DNA from: an uncultured Pseudomonadota bacterium
Lineage (GTDB): Bacteria > Oederibacteriota > Muellerivitia > Muellerivitales > Muellerivitaceae
Assembly (NCBI GenBank): GCA_963843375.1
Contig: CAWJKT010000020.1
Span: 1-39,166 of the forward strand
Reading direction: 5' to 3'
Length of the DNA: 39,166 nucleotides
The notes beneath the pieces were generated by a model. The model did no database searches. It saw only the letters and a program-made list of their open reading frames with translations, and was not told the origin of the DNA. Shown piece by piece: positions 20,419 to 29,904 of this stretch (positions within the stretch are counted from its first letter, which is position 1; the number at the start of each line of letters is the position of its first letter). The position numbers and the translations under genes were made by a program.

Positions 20419-21296
20419 ATGCCGGACCTCAACCACAACTATAAATGGACTTTGGAGTTCAAGGTTGGGTTGATGACTCTCTCATCCCTTTTAGCCCTGA
20501 TGGTGGCCCTGCTTTTCGTCAACAATTTCCAGTTCGGGACCAGTGGTCGGGTGGTCACGGTTTCCTTTAATTTCCTGGGGACTTGAAGATCAACGCGCCG
20601 GTGGAATACGCCGGGGGCATCAAGGTGGGTATCGTTAAGGACATTCGCCTGGGAGACAATAAGGCCCTGGTGGACCTTCTCATTACCAACAAGGATTTAA
20701 AACTCCGTAAAGATTCCCAAGTCGCTCTTTATAGCGCCGGGCTCCTGGGTTCCCGTTATGTTCAGATCGGGGCCGATCTGGGGAGCGGACCGGAACTCGG
20801 AAAGGATGATGTGCTGATCGGGAAGGATTCGAACAACTTGGATTTGACCTTCAGCGAACTCGGGGACGTGATGGAATCTTTCGAGAAGATGATGGGTGAC
20901 CCCGTGGCCAAGGAAAGCTTTCTTCACTCCTTTAACAATATGAACAAGGCGACGGACCAATTGTTGGCCTTGACCATCGCAAGCCGCACCAAGATAGAAA
21001 AGATGATCGATCAAATGTCCCACTCCAGTGACCAGGTTCCCGAGATCGTCGCCAACGCGCAAAAGGTTTCTAAAAATTTGGAGGAACTGACCAATGCCCT
21101 GAACAAGCAACAGGTCACCCAGTCGATGAAGAACCTGGATAATACTTTGAAAGTCATGAATGAAGTGGCCAATGATATCCACGACGGCAAAGGAGCCGTG
21201 GGCGTTCTGTTGCAAGACCAGCAAATGGGGGATGATATCAAGGACTTGGTGGAAGAACTCAAGGCCCATCCCTGGAGACTCCTCTGGAAAAAATAG
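20419..21296 (+). CDS. mlaD: MlaD/MCE-family protein with helical C-terminal extension, one apparent frameshift near 20580
   Basis: LEFKVGL plus TM helix from ATG 20419; APVEYAGGIKVGIV...SAGLLGSRYVQI MCE domain; C-terminal G.VGVLL.D...HPWRLL. Confidence 0.88.
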
Positions 21297-21428
21297 GATT
21301 AACACAAGGGGAAACAAGTTTTAATTAAGTTAAACAGGGTTCCGGATAGCTAAACCTCTGCGCAATCCCATTTCAATACTCTTAAACCCCTCCCGCATTA
21401 TGTCCGAGGCCCTTTCGATAATTTTTGT

Positions 21429-21456
21429 TTGGCCAAAAGGTATACAACTGTATAAT
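21429..21456 (+). promoter_or_regulatory. Putative promoter (TTGGCC-N16-TATAAT) overlapped by the palindrome TATACA-AC-TGTATA
   Basis: Perfect TATAAT at 21451-21456; inverted repeat at 21441-21454. Confidence 0.5.
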
Positions 21457-21489
21457 ACTTTGATCTTTAATGATTGGAGAGGTTTTCGA

Positions 21490-22131
21490 ATGATTCGAAA
21501 AAGAGTCTTTTCGTCTTTCGCGAGAATTGCGGTTTTGGTTGGACTTTGTTTTTTTCTACTTCCGATCCGGGTGAACGCAGCGGAAGTCATGACGAATGAC
21601 GGCCAAAAGTTTGTCGGAAAAATATTGGAAGAACAATCCGATTTCCTGGTAATGGAAATCGAGAACGGCGTTCATGTAAGAATTGAGAAGTCCGAGATCG
21701 TTTATATTCAAAGGGAAGATGTTAAAAAACCTTCGAACGAATACCCGGTTCTGGGAGTAACTTACGGTACACCGAGCGTGGTTAATTTAGTGACTGGTTA
21801 TTATTTAGCTGATTTTGGATTGAAGCTTACCGGAGCCTATTGGGCCGGAATCCGGGGCATCCAGGCCGACCTGTCGTACAAGATCGTAGACCACTCGTCT
21901 TTTATGGCTGACCTTTCATTGGTGGGGGGGGCCATGCAAACCAGCGGCGCCACGAACGGGTTCTCCCTCTGGAGCTCCGGCGCTTGGGGTGGAACCAATT
22001 GGACCTATCATGGTCTTGGTTTCGACATAAATTATGGCGGTTTTGTGTTTGAGACGGATTTCGTGACCGGTCCATTTCCCAATCCGGTTGCCATTCCCAT
22101 TCAAATTGGTTTTGTTCAAAGGTTTAATTAA
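21490..22131 (+). CDS. Secreted hypothetical protein, possibly a small outer-membrane beta-barrel with an N-terminal Sm-like domain
   Basis: GGAGAGG RBS; signal peptide ending VNA-AE; TNDGQKFVGKILEE...IEKSEIVYI; Gly/aromatic alternating strands; ends QIGFVQRFN. Confidence 0.65.
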   Translation: MIRKRVFSSFARIAVLVGLCFFLLPIRVNAAEVMTNDGQKFVGKILEEQSDFLVMEIENGVHVRIEKSEIVYIQREDVKKPSNEYPVLGVTYGTPSVVNLVTGYYLADFGLKLTGAYWAGIRGIQADLSYKIVDHSSFMADLSLVGGAMQTSGATNGFSLWSSGAWGGTNWTYHGLGFDINYGGFVFETDFVTGPFPNPVAIPIQIGFVQRFN

Positions 22132-22139
22132 GGATCGAT

Positions 22140-23534
22140 ATGGCCAAAATAAAAACCCAATTTGTTTGCCAAAACTGCGGAACCAAAAGTCCGAAGTGGC
22201 AGGGAAAATGTAATGCCTGCGGAGAGTGGAATAGTTTTGTCGAGGAAATCCTGGACTCGGGAAAATCGCAAGAGCGTGGGCGAAAGCTTTCCAAACCCTC
22301 GGAATCGACGATTCCGGTATCCCTGGATGAAATCGATATTGATGAGGGTTACCGTCTAAAGACCCATATCCACGAATTTGACCGGGTTTTGGGAGGTGGA
22401 ATTGTGCCGGGAGAAACGGTCATGATTGGCGGGGACCCAGGCATTGGTAAGTCCACCCTGCTGCTTCAAGTGGTCGACCGCCTCTCTAGACTCCAGAAAG
22501 ATGGCCAGGGCAAGTGCCTCTATGTGACGGGAGAGGAATCGGCCCAACAGATCAAGCTCAGGGCTGAGCGATTGGGCATCCGTTCCAATAATCTCTATAT
22601 CTTTCCCGAGACGGATGTTTTCGCCATTCTGGATCAGATTGAAAAAACCAGGCCGATACTTACGGTGATCGATTCGATCCAAACCTTGTTTCTAGCCGAT
22701 ATCGCCTCGGCGCCCGGCAGCGTCTCACAGGTTCGCGAGTCCGCCGCGAGGTTAACTTATCTGGCCAAACGGGAAAAATTGCCCCTGTTTCTGATTGGGC
22801 ACGTTACCAAGGAGGGGAGCATTGCCGGACCCATGGTGTTGGAGCACATGGTGGATGCGGTGCTTTATTTCGAGGGAGATATTCAACGACATTACCGGCT
22901 ATTGCGGGCGGTCAAAAATCGCTTTGGAAGCACCCAGGAGATCGGCATCTTCGATATGAGAGAGGATGGTTTAACCGAGGTGGCGGACGCATCCAAAGCT
23001 TTTCTGGACGCGCATTTTGTCCATAGTTCGGGCTCGGTCATTACGGCCAGCCTGGAGGGTACCCGGCCGCTTCTTTTGGAAGTTCAATCCTTGGTGAGTC
23101 CCGCTAATTTTGGTATGCCCCAGCGTCGTGCCAGCGGTATTGATCCCAACCGGTTGGCACTGATCCTGGCCATTCTTGAAAAAAGACTGGGAATGGCCAT
23201 TTCCTCCCAGGATGTTTTTCTCAATATCGCCGGTGGCATTAAGGTTGTGGAACCATCGGTTGATTTGAGCGTGGCAGTGGCCGTTGCCTCCTCTTTCCGG
23301 GAAGTTCCGGTTGGCGCCGATACCCTGGTATTGGGGGAACTGGGTTTGTCCGGGGAAGTGCGGGCGGTTTCTCAAATAGGCCCTCGCTTAGCCGAAGCGG
23401 CCCGCTTAGGCTTCAAACAAGCGGTTATTCCCCACGGCAACCTGAAAGCCATTTCTCTTTTGCCCGAAGCCCCGTTGGAATTGCTGGGAGTAAAAACACT
23501 GGCCGAAGCCATAGGTATTTTAGCGTCCCGGTAA
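22140..23534 (+). CDS. radA: DNA repair protein RadA/Sms
   Basis: CQNCG...WQGKC..CGEWNS Zn finger, GGDPGIGKSTL, KNRFG, C-terminal Lon-like GELGLSGEVR. Confidence 0.97.
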   Translation: MAKIKTQFVCQNCGTKSPKWQGKCNACGEWNSFVEEILDSGKSQERGRKLSKPSESTIPVSLDEIDIDEGYRLKTHIHEFDRVLGGGIVPGETVMIGGDPGIGKSTLLLQVVDRLSRLQKDGQGKCLYVTGEESAQQIKLRAERLGIRSNNLYIFPETDVFAILDQIEKTRPILTVIDSIQTLFLADIASAPGSVSQVRESAARLTYLAKREKLPLFLIGHVTKEGSIAGPMVLEHMVDAVLYFEGDIQRHYRLLRAVKNRFGSTQEIGIFDMREDGLTEVADASKAFLDAHFVHSSGSVITASLEGTRPLLLEVQSLVSPANFGMPQRRASGIDPNRLALILAILEKRLGMAISSQDVFLNIAGGIKVVEPSVDLSVAVAVASSFREVPVGADTLVLGELGLSGEVRAVSQIGPRLAEAARLGFKQAVIPHGNLKAISLLPEAPLELLGVKTLAEAIGILASR

Positions 23535-23611
23535 AATAGCCTATCTTCTTAGCTCTTATGGGCGACTTTGCGGTGAAAATTGGGTTTTTATTTGTTAGAC
23601 TGTCCGCCCTT

Positions 23612-24337
23612 ATGACAAAAGCCAGACAAAAAAAAATCCAACCCTGGGCGGCGCTGATTGTGGCGGCGGGCCAGTCCAAACGTCTTAAAAGCCAGGTTCC
23701 TAAACCGTTTCTCTATGTGGATACCCGGCGCACCATGCTGGATATGTGCCTGGAGGCCTTCGGACAGGTTCCCGGGCTGGCCTACGTGATTATCGTGACC
23801 CGCTCCGAATATCTAGAACAAGCGATCCAAGCCATTTACCGTTGGAAGCTTGCGGGAATCGTGACCAAAGGCGGGGCGGAGAGAGAGGATTCGGTTAAGC
23901 GTGGATTGGAAGTTGTTCCCCCGGGTGTGCGACACGTCCTTATCCATGATGCCGCCAGGCCCCTGGTGAGTCCCGGCCTTATTCACCGGGTGTTGGAAGG
24001 TGCAATGAGTTACGGAGCGGTTATCCCCGTGATTCCAGTGAAAGATACTTTGAAAGTGGTCGAGAAGGGCCGGGTCGTAAAAACTTTAGACCGGACAAAA
24101 ATCGGGGCGGTCCAAACACCCCAGGGGTTCAAGTTAGCGGTCCTACAGAAAGCGTTCCAAAAAATAGGGAAGAAAGCCTCCCGCCTTACGGATGACGCCG
24201 CCGTGGTGGAAGCCGCTGGCTTGAAGGTTCGCGTGGTGGAAGGGGATCTTTTGAATTTCAAAGTGACGACCCCCGATGATCTTCGCCACGTCAAAGACTT
24301 GGTTTGGTGGGAAAAGAGCCGAGACTACCAGCATTAA
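23612..24337 (+). CDS. ispD: 2-C-methyl-D-erythritol 4-phosphate cytidylyltransferase
   Basis: AAGQSKRL...PK.FL, GGAEREDSV, LIHDAARP, QTPQGF, TDDA, NFKVTTPDDL. Confidence 0.95.
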   Translation: MTKARQKKIQPWAALIVAAGQSKRLKSQVPKPFLYVDTRRTMLDMCLEAFGQVPGLAYVIIVTRSEYLEQAIQAIYRWKLAGIVTKGGAEREDSVKRGLEVVPPGVRHVLIHDAARPLVSPGLIHRVLEGAMSYGAVIPVIPVKDTLKVVEKGRVVKTLDRTKIGAVQTPQGFKLAVLQKAFQKIGKKASRLTDDAAVVEAAGLKVRVVEGDLLNFKVTTPDDLRHVKDLVWWEKSRDYQH

Positions 24338-24422
24338 CCGCAACGATTAGATGGCAGACATCGGCAACCAACCAGACTTTCTTTTTTGACTCCGGTGTAA
24401 AAATATATTTTTAGGAGATTTC

Positions 24423-24902
24423 TTGGATTATAGGGTTGGTATTGGATATGACGCTCATCGGTTCGTGGAAGGAAAGTCCCTTATCCTGGGCGGTGTGACA
24501 GTGCCCAATGATAGGGGCCTTCTAGGCCATTCGGATGCCGACGCCCTTTGCCATGCGGTTTCGGACGCCATCCTGGGCGCGGCGGCTTTGGGGGACATGG
24601 GGAAATATTTTCCAGATACCGATCTTAAATGGAAGGGCGCCGACAGTTTGATCATGCTCAAGGAATGCGCCCGGATGGCCAAGGCCAAAGGGTGGAGGGT
24701 TTGTAACGTGGACGCCACAATCGTGTGCCAGAAACCTAAGCTGTCTAATTATTTGGTTTCGATGTCGCAAATGATCGAACAAACATTGGAAGTGAGTTCT
24801 GACAAGGTGAATGTTAAGGCCAAAACAACCGAGGGAATGGGGTTCGAGGGCAGGGAAGAGGGCCTTTCGGTGCAGACTGTGGTATTACTCCAAAGGGAAT
24901 AG
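24423..24902 (+). CDS. ispF: 2-C-methyl-D-erythritol 2,4-cyclodiphosphate synthase
   Basis: RVGIGYDAH, GHSDAD...HA..DAILGA, VNVKAKTTE; TTG start with AGGAG RBS. Confidence 0.96.
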   Translation: MDYRVGIGYDAHRFVEGKSLILGGVTVPNDRGLLGHSDADALCHAVSDAILGAAALGDMGKYFPDTDLKWKGADSLIMLKECARMAKAKGWRVCNVDATIVCQKPKLSNYLVSMSQMIEQTLEVSSDKVNVKAKTTEGMGFEGREEGLSVQTVVLLQRE

Positions 24903-24906
24903 AAAT

Positions 24907-26358
24907 ATGAGTGAACAAGTAAGGGTCAGATTCGCGCCAAGCCCCACCGGTGATCTTCATTTGGGCAACGTGCGGACGGCGCTTTATAACTGGTTTTTCG
25001 CCCGGCACACCCAAGGCGTTCTAATCCTGCGCATAGAGGATACGGATAAAGTCCGGTCCACCGAGGAATATTGCGAGGAGCTGATGGATATCATGACCTG
25101 GCTGGGTCTGAAATGGGATGAGGGCCCCCGGGTGGGTGGGCCTTACGGGCCCTACAAACAATCCGAGCGCACCGCTATTTATGAGGAGCATTTAGAAAAA
25201 CTGAAATCCAAAAATTTGGTTTATCCCTGTTATTGCACTGAGGAAGAATTGGAATTGGAACGCAAGCGGCAGTTGGGCCGGGGGCATATGCCTAAATATG
25301 GCGGTAAATGCAAGAAGCTTACGCTTGAGGAACGGAAGAACCTGGATTTGGAAGGAAAGCCTTCAGTCCTGCGATTCATCGTACCGCCGGGAGAAATATT
25401 GGTTCATGACGAGGTTCGCGGTGAAGTCCGGTTTCCCGATGACCAACTGGGGGATTTCGTCCTTACCCGCTCGGACAAAAGCCCGACCTACAACTTTACC
25501 GTTGTTGTTGACGATGCCTTAATGAAGGTTACCCATGTTATCCGCGGAGAGGACCATTTATCCAATACGCCAAAGCAAGTTCTTTTATACAACGCCCTGG
25601 GTTATCTGCCGCCCAAGTTTGCCCATCTTTCCATTATTAAAGGGGCGGATGGTCAGAAACTTTCAAAACGGCATGGGGAAACCAGCGTGGAAAGCTACAA
25701 AGCCAAGGGTTACTTGCCTGAAGCCTTCTTGAATTACCTGGCCCTTTTGGGTTGGGCGCCGAAAAATGGTGAGATTCTTTCGTTGGCACAAATGGCCTCG
25801 GAGTTTGAACTGACCCATGTGGGTAAAAGCGGGGCGATTTTTGATCCGGTCAAACTTCATTGGATGGGGCAGCAATATGTCGCCAAGATGTCTCTGGAGG
25901 ACCTGGTTCGGGCTCTTTTGCCCTACCTGGAAAACGCCCAATATATAACCCGTGAGCAGGCTAGAATGAAATTCGATTGGCTCAAAGGGGTTGTGGATAC
26001 GGTCCGGACCAGTCTGGGATGCTTTTCGGATATCGTGAAAGAAACCTTTTTCTTTTTCTCTGACGAATTGAGTTTTAGCTCCGAACAAACCGAGGAAATG
26101 AAGGCCCAAAAACTTTTGTTGGAGGCCTACCAAAAAGCATTGAACGCCGTAAATGAATTTAACGGGGATTATTTCCTAAAAGCAGTTAAGGAAGTGGGCA
26201 AGCAAATGAATTTAAAGGGGAAAGCCTTGTATCATCCCTTGCGCCTAGCTATAACGGGCCGGGAAGACGGGCCTGAGCTGGTAAAAATCGCCCCACTTCT
26301 GGGAAAAGACAAAGTCATCGAGCGACTTGGGGTTTGGACGACCGATCTGCCAAAGTAA
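24907..26358 (+). CDS. gltX: Glutamate--tRNA ligase
   Basis: [36 protein letters not shown]. Confidence 0.96.
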   Translation: MSEQVRVRFAPSPTGDLHLGNVRTALYNWFFARHTQGVLILRIEDTDKVRSTEEYCEELMDIMTWLGLKWDEGPRVGGPYGPYKQSERTAIYEEHLEKLKSKNLVYPCYCTEEELELERKRQLGRGHMPKYGGKCKKLTLEERKNLDLEGKPSVLRFIVPPGEILVHDEVRGEVRFPDDQLGDFVLTRSDKSPTYNFTVVVDDALMKVTHVIRGEDHLSNTPKQVLLYNALGYLPPKFAHLSIIKGADGQKLSKRHGETSVESYKAKGYLPEAFLNYLALLGWAPKNGEILSLAQMASEFELTHVGKSGAIFDPVKLHWMGQQYVAKMSLEDLVRALLPYLENAQYITREQARMKFDWLKGVVDTVRTSLGCFSDIVKETFFFFSDELSFSSEQTEEMKAQKLLLEAYQKALNAVNEFNGDYFLKAVKEVGKQMNLKGKALYHPLRLAITGREDGPELVKIAPLLGKDKVIERLGVWTTDLPK

Positions 26359-26378
26359 AACATGGAAAAGGGGATGAG

Positions 26379-27011
26379 ATGTTTCGATACATCAAATCCG
26401 TATTAGATAGGGATCCGGCGGCAAAATGGTGGGAACTCCCCCTCTATCCGGGTATTTACGCCTTGTTATTTCATCGGCTGGCCCATTTTCTTTGGAGTTT
26501 TCGAATTCCTTTTATTCCCCGGTTGATCTCACAGCTTTCACGGTTTCTTACGGGTATCGAAATCCATCCCGGCGCCCAAATTGGGAGATGCTTTTTCATT
26601 GACCATGGCATGGGCACCGTTATCGGAGAAACCACGGAAATCGGAGATTATGTCACGCTTTTCCAGGGTGTCACTTTGGGGGGGACAGGTAAGGAAAAAG
26701 GGAAAAGACATCCAACCTTAAGGGATCATGTGGTTGTTGCCGCCGGGGCTAAGGTGCTGGGGGCGATTGAGATCGGTGATTACTCGAAGGTGGGAGCCAA
26801 TGCGGTCGTGGTAACCAAAGTGCCTCCCCATTCAACGGTGGTGGGTGTTCCGGGACGGGTGGTTTCGTTAAGAGGCCAAAAATTGGAAGGGCACGAACTA
26901 GATCATAATAAACTTCCAGACCCTCTTTTGCGTCGGCTGGAACATCTTGAGAGGGATTTGGCCCGTCATGCGGGATCCTGGGTTCCGCGCAACGAAAAAA
27001 AGTCTAAGTAA
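26379..27011 (+). CDS. cysE: Serine O-acetyltransferase
   Basis: [39 protein letters not shown]...KRHPT. Confidence 0.96.
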   Translation: MFRYIKSVLDRDPAAKWWELPLYPGIYALLFHRLAHFLWSFRIPFIPRLISQLSRFLTGIEIHPGAQIGRCFFIDHGMGTVIGETTEIGDYVTLFQGVTLGGTGKEKGKRHPTLRDHVVVAAGAKVLGAIEIGDYSKVGANAVVVTKVPPHSTVVGVPGRVVSLRGQKLEGHELDHNKLPDPLLRRLEHLERDLARHAGSWVPRNEKKSK

Positions 27012-27081
27012 ACATAAGGTTGCCCAGCCTTCTTCCCCTGTGTACCCTAGATTATCGTCCAATTTTTTTATGAGGTTTTTC

Positions 27082-28512
27082 ATGCTGAGAGTGACCAATA
27101 CCCTCACTGGGGAGAAGGAAGTTTTCCAGCCCCTGAATTCTCCCCGGGTGAAAATGTACGTCTGTGGGCCAACCGTCTACGGAGATATCCATATCGGTAA
27201 TGCGCGTCACGAAGTGGTTTTCGACGTTATTCGGAAATACCTAGTTTATTCGGGTTTCGAAGTGACCTATGTCGTGAATATTACTGATATCGACGACAAG
27301 ATCATCAAGATTGCCAATGAGGAAAAAAAGACCGAAAAGGAATTGGCTGAAACATATACCAAAGCTTATTTTGAGGTATTGGAAAAACTGGGGGTTCAAA
27401 AGGCCGATCTACAGCCCAAAGCAACGGATTTCATCGGAGAAATGGTTGATTTGATTTCTGGTCTCATGGAGAAAGGACATGCCTACACTGTACCCTCTAC
27501 CCAATTCGGCAAGGACGTTCTTTATGACTCAACATCCTTTAAAGAGTATGGGAAGCTTTCGGGAAAGAACCTGGATGAGCTTTTAGAAGGTGCCCGGGTG
27601 GAAAAGAATGACACCAAAAGGAACCCCACCGACTTTGTCTTGTGGAAAGCCTCCAAGCCCGGGGAACCCCAATGGGATTCACCCTGGGGCAAGGGGCGCC
27701 CTGGATGGCACATTGAGTGCTCGGCAATGGTAAGAAAACTATTAGGGGATTCCATTGATATCCACGGCGGAGGAATCGACTTGATTTTTCCCCATCATGA
27801 AAATGAAATCGCCCAATGCGAGGCTTTTACCGGAAAGCCCTACGTGAAGTACTGGCTTCATAACGGCTTTATTGAAATTTCGGGCCAGAAAATGAGCAAG
27901 TCCCTGGGCAATATTTGGAAGGCCAAGGATGCTTTGGCGGATTTTCGTCCTGAAGTCCTGCGCTACTTTTTTTTAAGCGCCCATTACCGTAGCGGACTCA
28001 ATTATGACCGTCCTATTTTGGAGGCCGCGGCCAGGGGCTGGGAGGAATTCAACCAGACCTTCCAAAGGATTGAGGACGCCCTTTCTGGTTCGGATGGCAA
28101 TGAACCCATGGATCTTCTGGAATTGCGCCTTGCGATTGATGAGGTGGAAAATAAGTTCAAAGAGGCGATGGATGATGATTTCAACACCCCGAGAGCCCTT
28201 GCGCTTTTGTTCGATCTGGCTCGAGAGACCCGCCGGGTTTTGAGTCAATCGGCGAGGCCTACTGCCGGGGCCAAAAGTCTCCTGGAGGAAGCCTTCGGAA
28301 AGCTTAATCGATTAGCCGGTGTCTTGGGAGTCGTTTCGGACAAGCGGGTTTTGATTCCCAAAGAGATAGAGGAACTGGCCCGGGCTCGCGTTCAAATGAA
28401 GGCCGAAAAGAATTTTCACGAAGCCGATGAAATACGGAACAAAGTTCTTGAAATGGGGTTTACAATTGAAGATGTGAAGGGCGGTCAGTTTAGAATTCTG
28501 CCCAAAAAGTAA
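27082..28512 (+). CDS. cysS: Cysteine--tRNA ligase
   Basis: MYVCGPTVY..HIGNAR, GRPGWHIECS, DIHGGG.DL.FPHHENE, KMSKS. Confidence 0.97.
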   Translation: MLRVTNTLTGEKEVFQPLNSPRVKMYVCGPTVYGDIHIGNARHEVVFDVIRKYLVYSGFEVTYVVNITDIDDKIIKIANEEKKTEKELAETYTKAYFEVLEKLGVQKADLQPKATDFIGEMVDLISGLMEKGHAYTVPSTQFGKDVLYDSTSFKEYGKLSGKNLDELLEGARVEKNDTKRNPTDFVLWKASKPGEPQWDSPWGKGRPGWHIECSAMVRKLLGDSIDIHGGGIDLIFPHHENEIAQCEAFTGKPYVKYWLHNGFIEISGQKMSKSLGNIWKAKDALADFRPEVLRYFFLSAHYRSGLNYDRPILEAAARGWEEFNQTFQRIEDALSGSDGNEPMDLLELRLAIDEVENKFKEAMDDDFNTPRALALLFDLARETRRVLSQSARPTAGAKSLLEEAFGKLNRLAGVLGVVSDKRVLIPKEIEELARARVQMKAEKNFHEADEIRNKVLEMGFTIEDVKGGQFRILPKK

Positions 28513-28527
28513 CCCCCGGGTGTTTTA

Positions 28528-29478
28528 ATGAGCGAAAAAATATACGGTCGTAAACCTGTTTTGGAAGTTATCCGGTCGGGTAACCGGGCCGTCACGCATG
28601 TTTACTTATTGCAGGGATCGCGAGATGTGGTCTTGGATCAAATCGAATCCCACGCGAAGGCCCGGGGTATTCCCATTAATTTGGAAACCCGGCACCGTAT
28701 GGATACTCTTGCGGGCAGTGATAATCACCAGGGTGTCATTGCCGTGGCAGAAAATTACCAATACGCGGACCTCCAAGATCTTCTCGACATCGCTCGGGAT
28801 AAAAACGAGCCCCCCTTTATTCTCCTCCTCGACGAGATCGAAGATCCACAAAACCTAGGAGCCATTCTTCGCTCCGCGGACGCCGCCGGAGTTCATGGGG
28901 TTGTCATCCCTAAGCATCGGGCAGCCGATATTACAGCCGCGGTTATAAAATCTTCCGCCGGCGCGGCCGAACACGTGAACACCGTTAAAATCACCAATCT
29001 CAATGAAACCATTCGTCTGCTCAAAGAAGCTAATGTTTGGGTGGTAGGTACAGATGGGGAGGCGGAAAAGAATTTTTATGACTACGATTACCGCCAACCA
29101 GTAGCTTTAATTATCGGGAATGAAGGCAACGGTTTGAGACGTCTTGTAAAGGAAAATTGCGACGAACTGGTTAAAATTCCAATGGCAGGAAAGATGTCAT
29201 CCCTGAATGCTTCGGTGGCTGCGGCTTTGGTGCTGTTTGAAGTGACCCGACAGAGGAAATGGGGGATGGGTCTTACCAGCAAGGATCCACCTCTTTCCTC
29301 CTATGGGGTTGGCTTGTCCCCCGAAAAAGACTTTTTTCGTTCACGCCCTGATCCGGCTCCTGAAACGCCGGGTGAGGGCGATCTTCAAAGGTTCGATATA
29401 GGTCCTTCGGATAATCTGGAAGAGAATATTCCACAAGACTCGCCTGGCAACAATAAGGGCGGTGGTTTTAAGTGGTGA
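28528..29478 (+). CDS. rlmB: 23S rRNA (G2251-2'-O)-methyltransferase with acidic C-terminal extension
   Basis: IYGRKPV.E, HQGV, DPQNLGAILRS, GNEG.G, IPM.G..SSLNASVA. Confidence 0.94.
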   Translation: MSEKIYGRKPVLEVIRSGNRAVTHVYLLQGSRDVVLDQIESHAKARGIPINLETRHRMDTLAGSDNHQGVIAVAENYQYADLQDLLDIARDKNEPPFILLLDEIEDPQNLGAILRSADAAGVHGVVIPKHRAADITAAVIKSSAGAAEHVNTVKITNLNETIRLLKEANVWVVGTDGEAEKNFYDYDYRQPVALIIGNEGNGLRRLVKENCDELVKIPMAGKMSSLNASVAAALVLFEVTRQRKWGMGLTSKDPPLSSYGVGLSPEKDFFRSRPDPAPETPGEGDLQRFDIGPSDNLEENIPQDSPGNNKGGGFKW

Positions 29479-29493
29479 ATGGGGCCTTGTCGC

Positions 29494-29522
29494 TTGACGC
29501 CCCGGAGTGGCACTTCTATAAT
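29494..29522 (+). promoter_or_regulatory. Near-consensus sigma70 promoter of the tRNA gene
   Basis: TTGACG (29494-29499)-N17-TATAAT (29517-29522). Confidence 0.85.
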
Positions 29523-29559
29523 CCCTTTTCTTTTGACTAAGTATGCTTCACTTGCTTGG

Positions 29560-29635
29560 GCTGGCGTAGCTCAGTTGGTAGAGCAGCCGCCTTGTAAGCG
29601 GCAGGTCACCGGTCCGATTCCGGTCGCCAGCTCCA
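29560..29635 (+). tRNA. tRNA-Thr (anticodon UGU), CCA encoded
   Basis: Full cloverleaf: acceptor GCTGGCG/CGCCAGC, D-arm GCTC/GAGC, anticodon arm GCCGC-CTTGTAA-GCGGC, T-arm ACCGG-TCCGATT-CCGGT, end TCCA; 76 nt. Confidence 0.97.
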
Positions 29636-29670
29636 TTTTTAAAAAAACTGTTCCCAGCAAGGTTTTAAAA

Positions 29671-29722
29671 GCCTTTGCTTGTAAGGGTTTCACGACCTAA
29701 ACGGGCAAAGGCTCCTTTTTTT
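29671..29722 (+). terminator. Possible terminator downstream of the tRNA (large loop)
   Basis: GCCTTTGC (29671-29678)...GCAAAGGC (29705-29712) followed by TCCTTTTTTT. Confidence 0.4.
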
Positions 29723-29727
29723 GAATT

Positions 29728-29795
29728 GATCGTCAAAGATCATCAGCGATCCTAAAAACTCATAAAAAAGCAATTCGATTGACACGTATATGACA
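29728..29795. repeat. 10-bp-phased direct repeats plus a TGACA pair at the island border
   Basis: GATCGTCAAA-GATCATCAGC-GATCCTAAAA-ACTCATAAAA (29728-29767); TGACA at 29780 and 29791. Confidence 0.6.
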
Positions 29796-29904
29796 GGAAG
29801 ATTTATCGAAATTCCTGTGGATATGAACTTGTCAACTTTTGCCGATGGGAATAAAGATAAAGGGTCTTTGGTGTCCCATTAATCTTTGAAGAAGTCAAAC
29901 CGCC

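Noticed and set aside
15020..20590. Programmed ribosomal frameshifting or genuine pseudogenes in rplI, dnaB, alr, mlaF, mlaD
   Set aside because: No consistent slippery site, both insertions and deletions, positional clustering, and an essential gene (dnaB) is affected
24903..27081. T-box riboswitches before gltX, cysE or cysS as in Bacillus
   Set aside because: Intergenic gaps are only 4, 20 and 70 bp, and no T-box consensus was seen
28541..28554. Third TATAC-N4-GTAAA site
   Set aside because: Lies inside conserved rlmB codons (IYGRK) and has a mismatch; probably chance
29479..29700. 73-aa ORF after rlmB
   Set aside because: Overlaps the tRNA-Thr gene and its promoter
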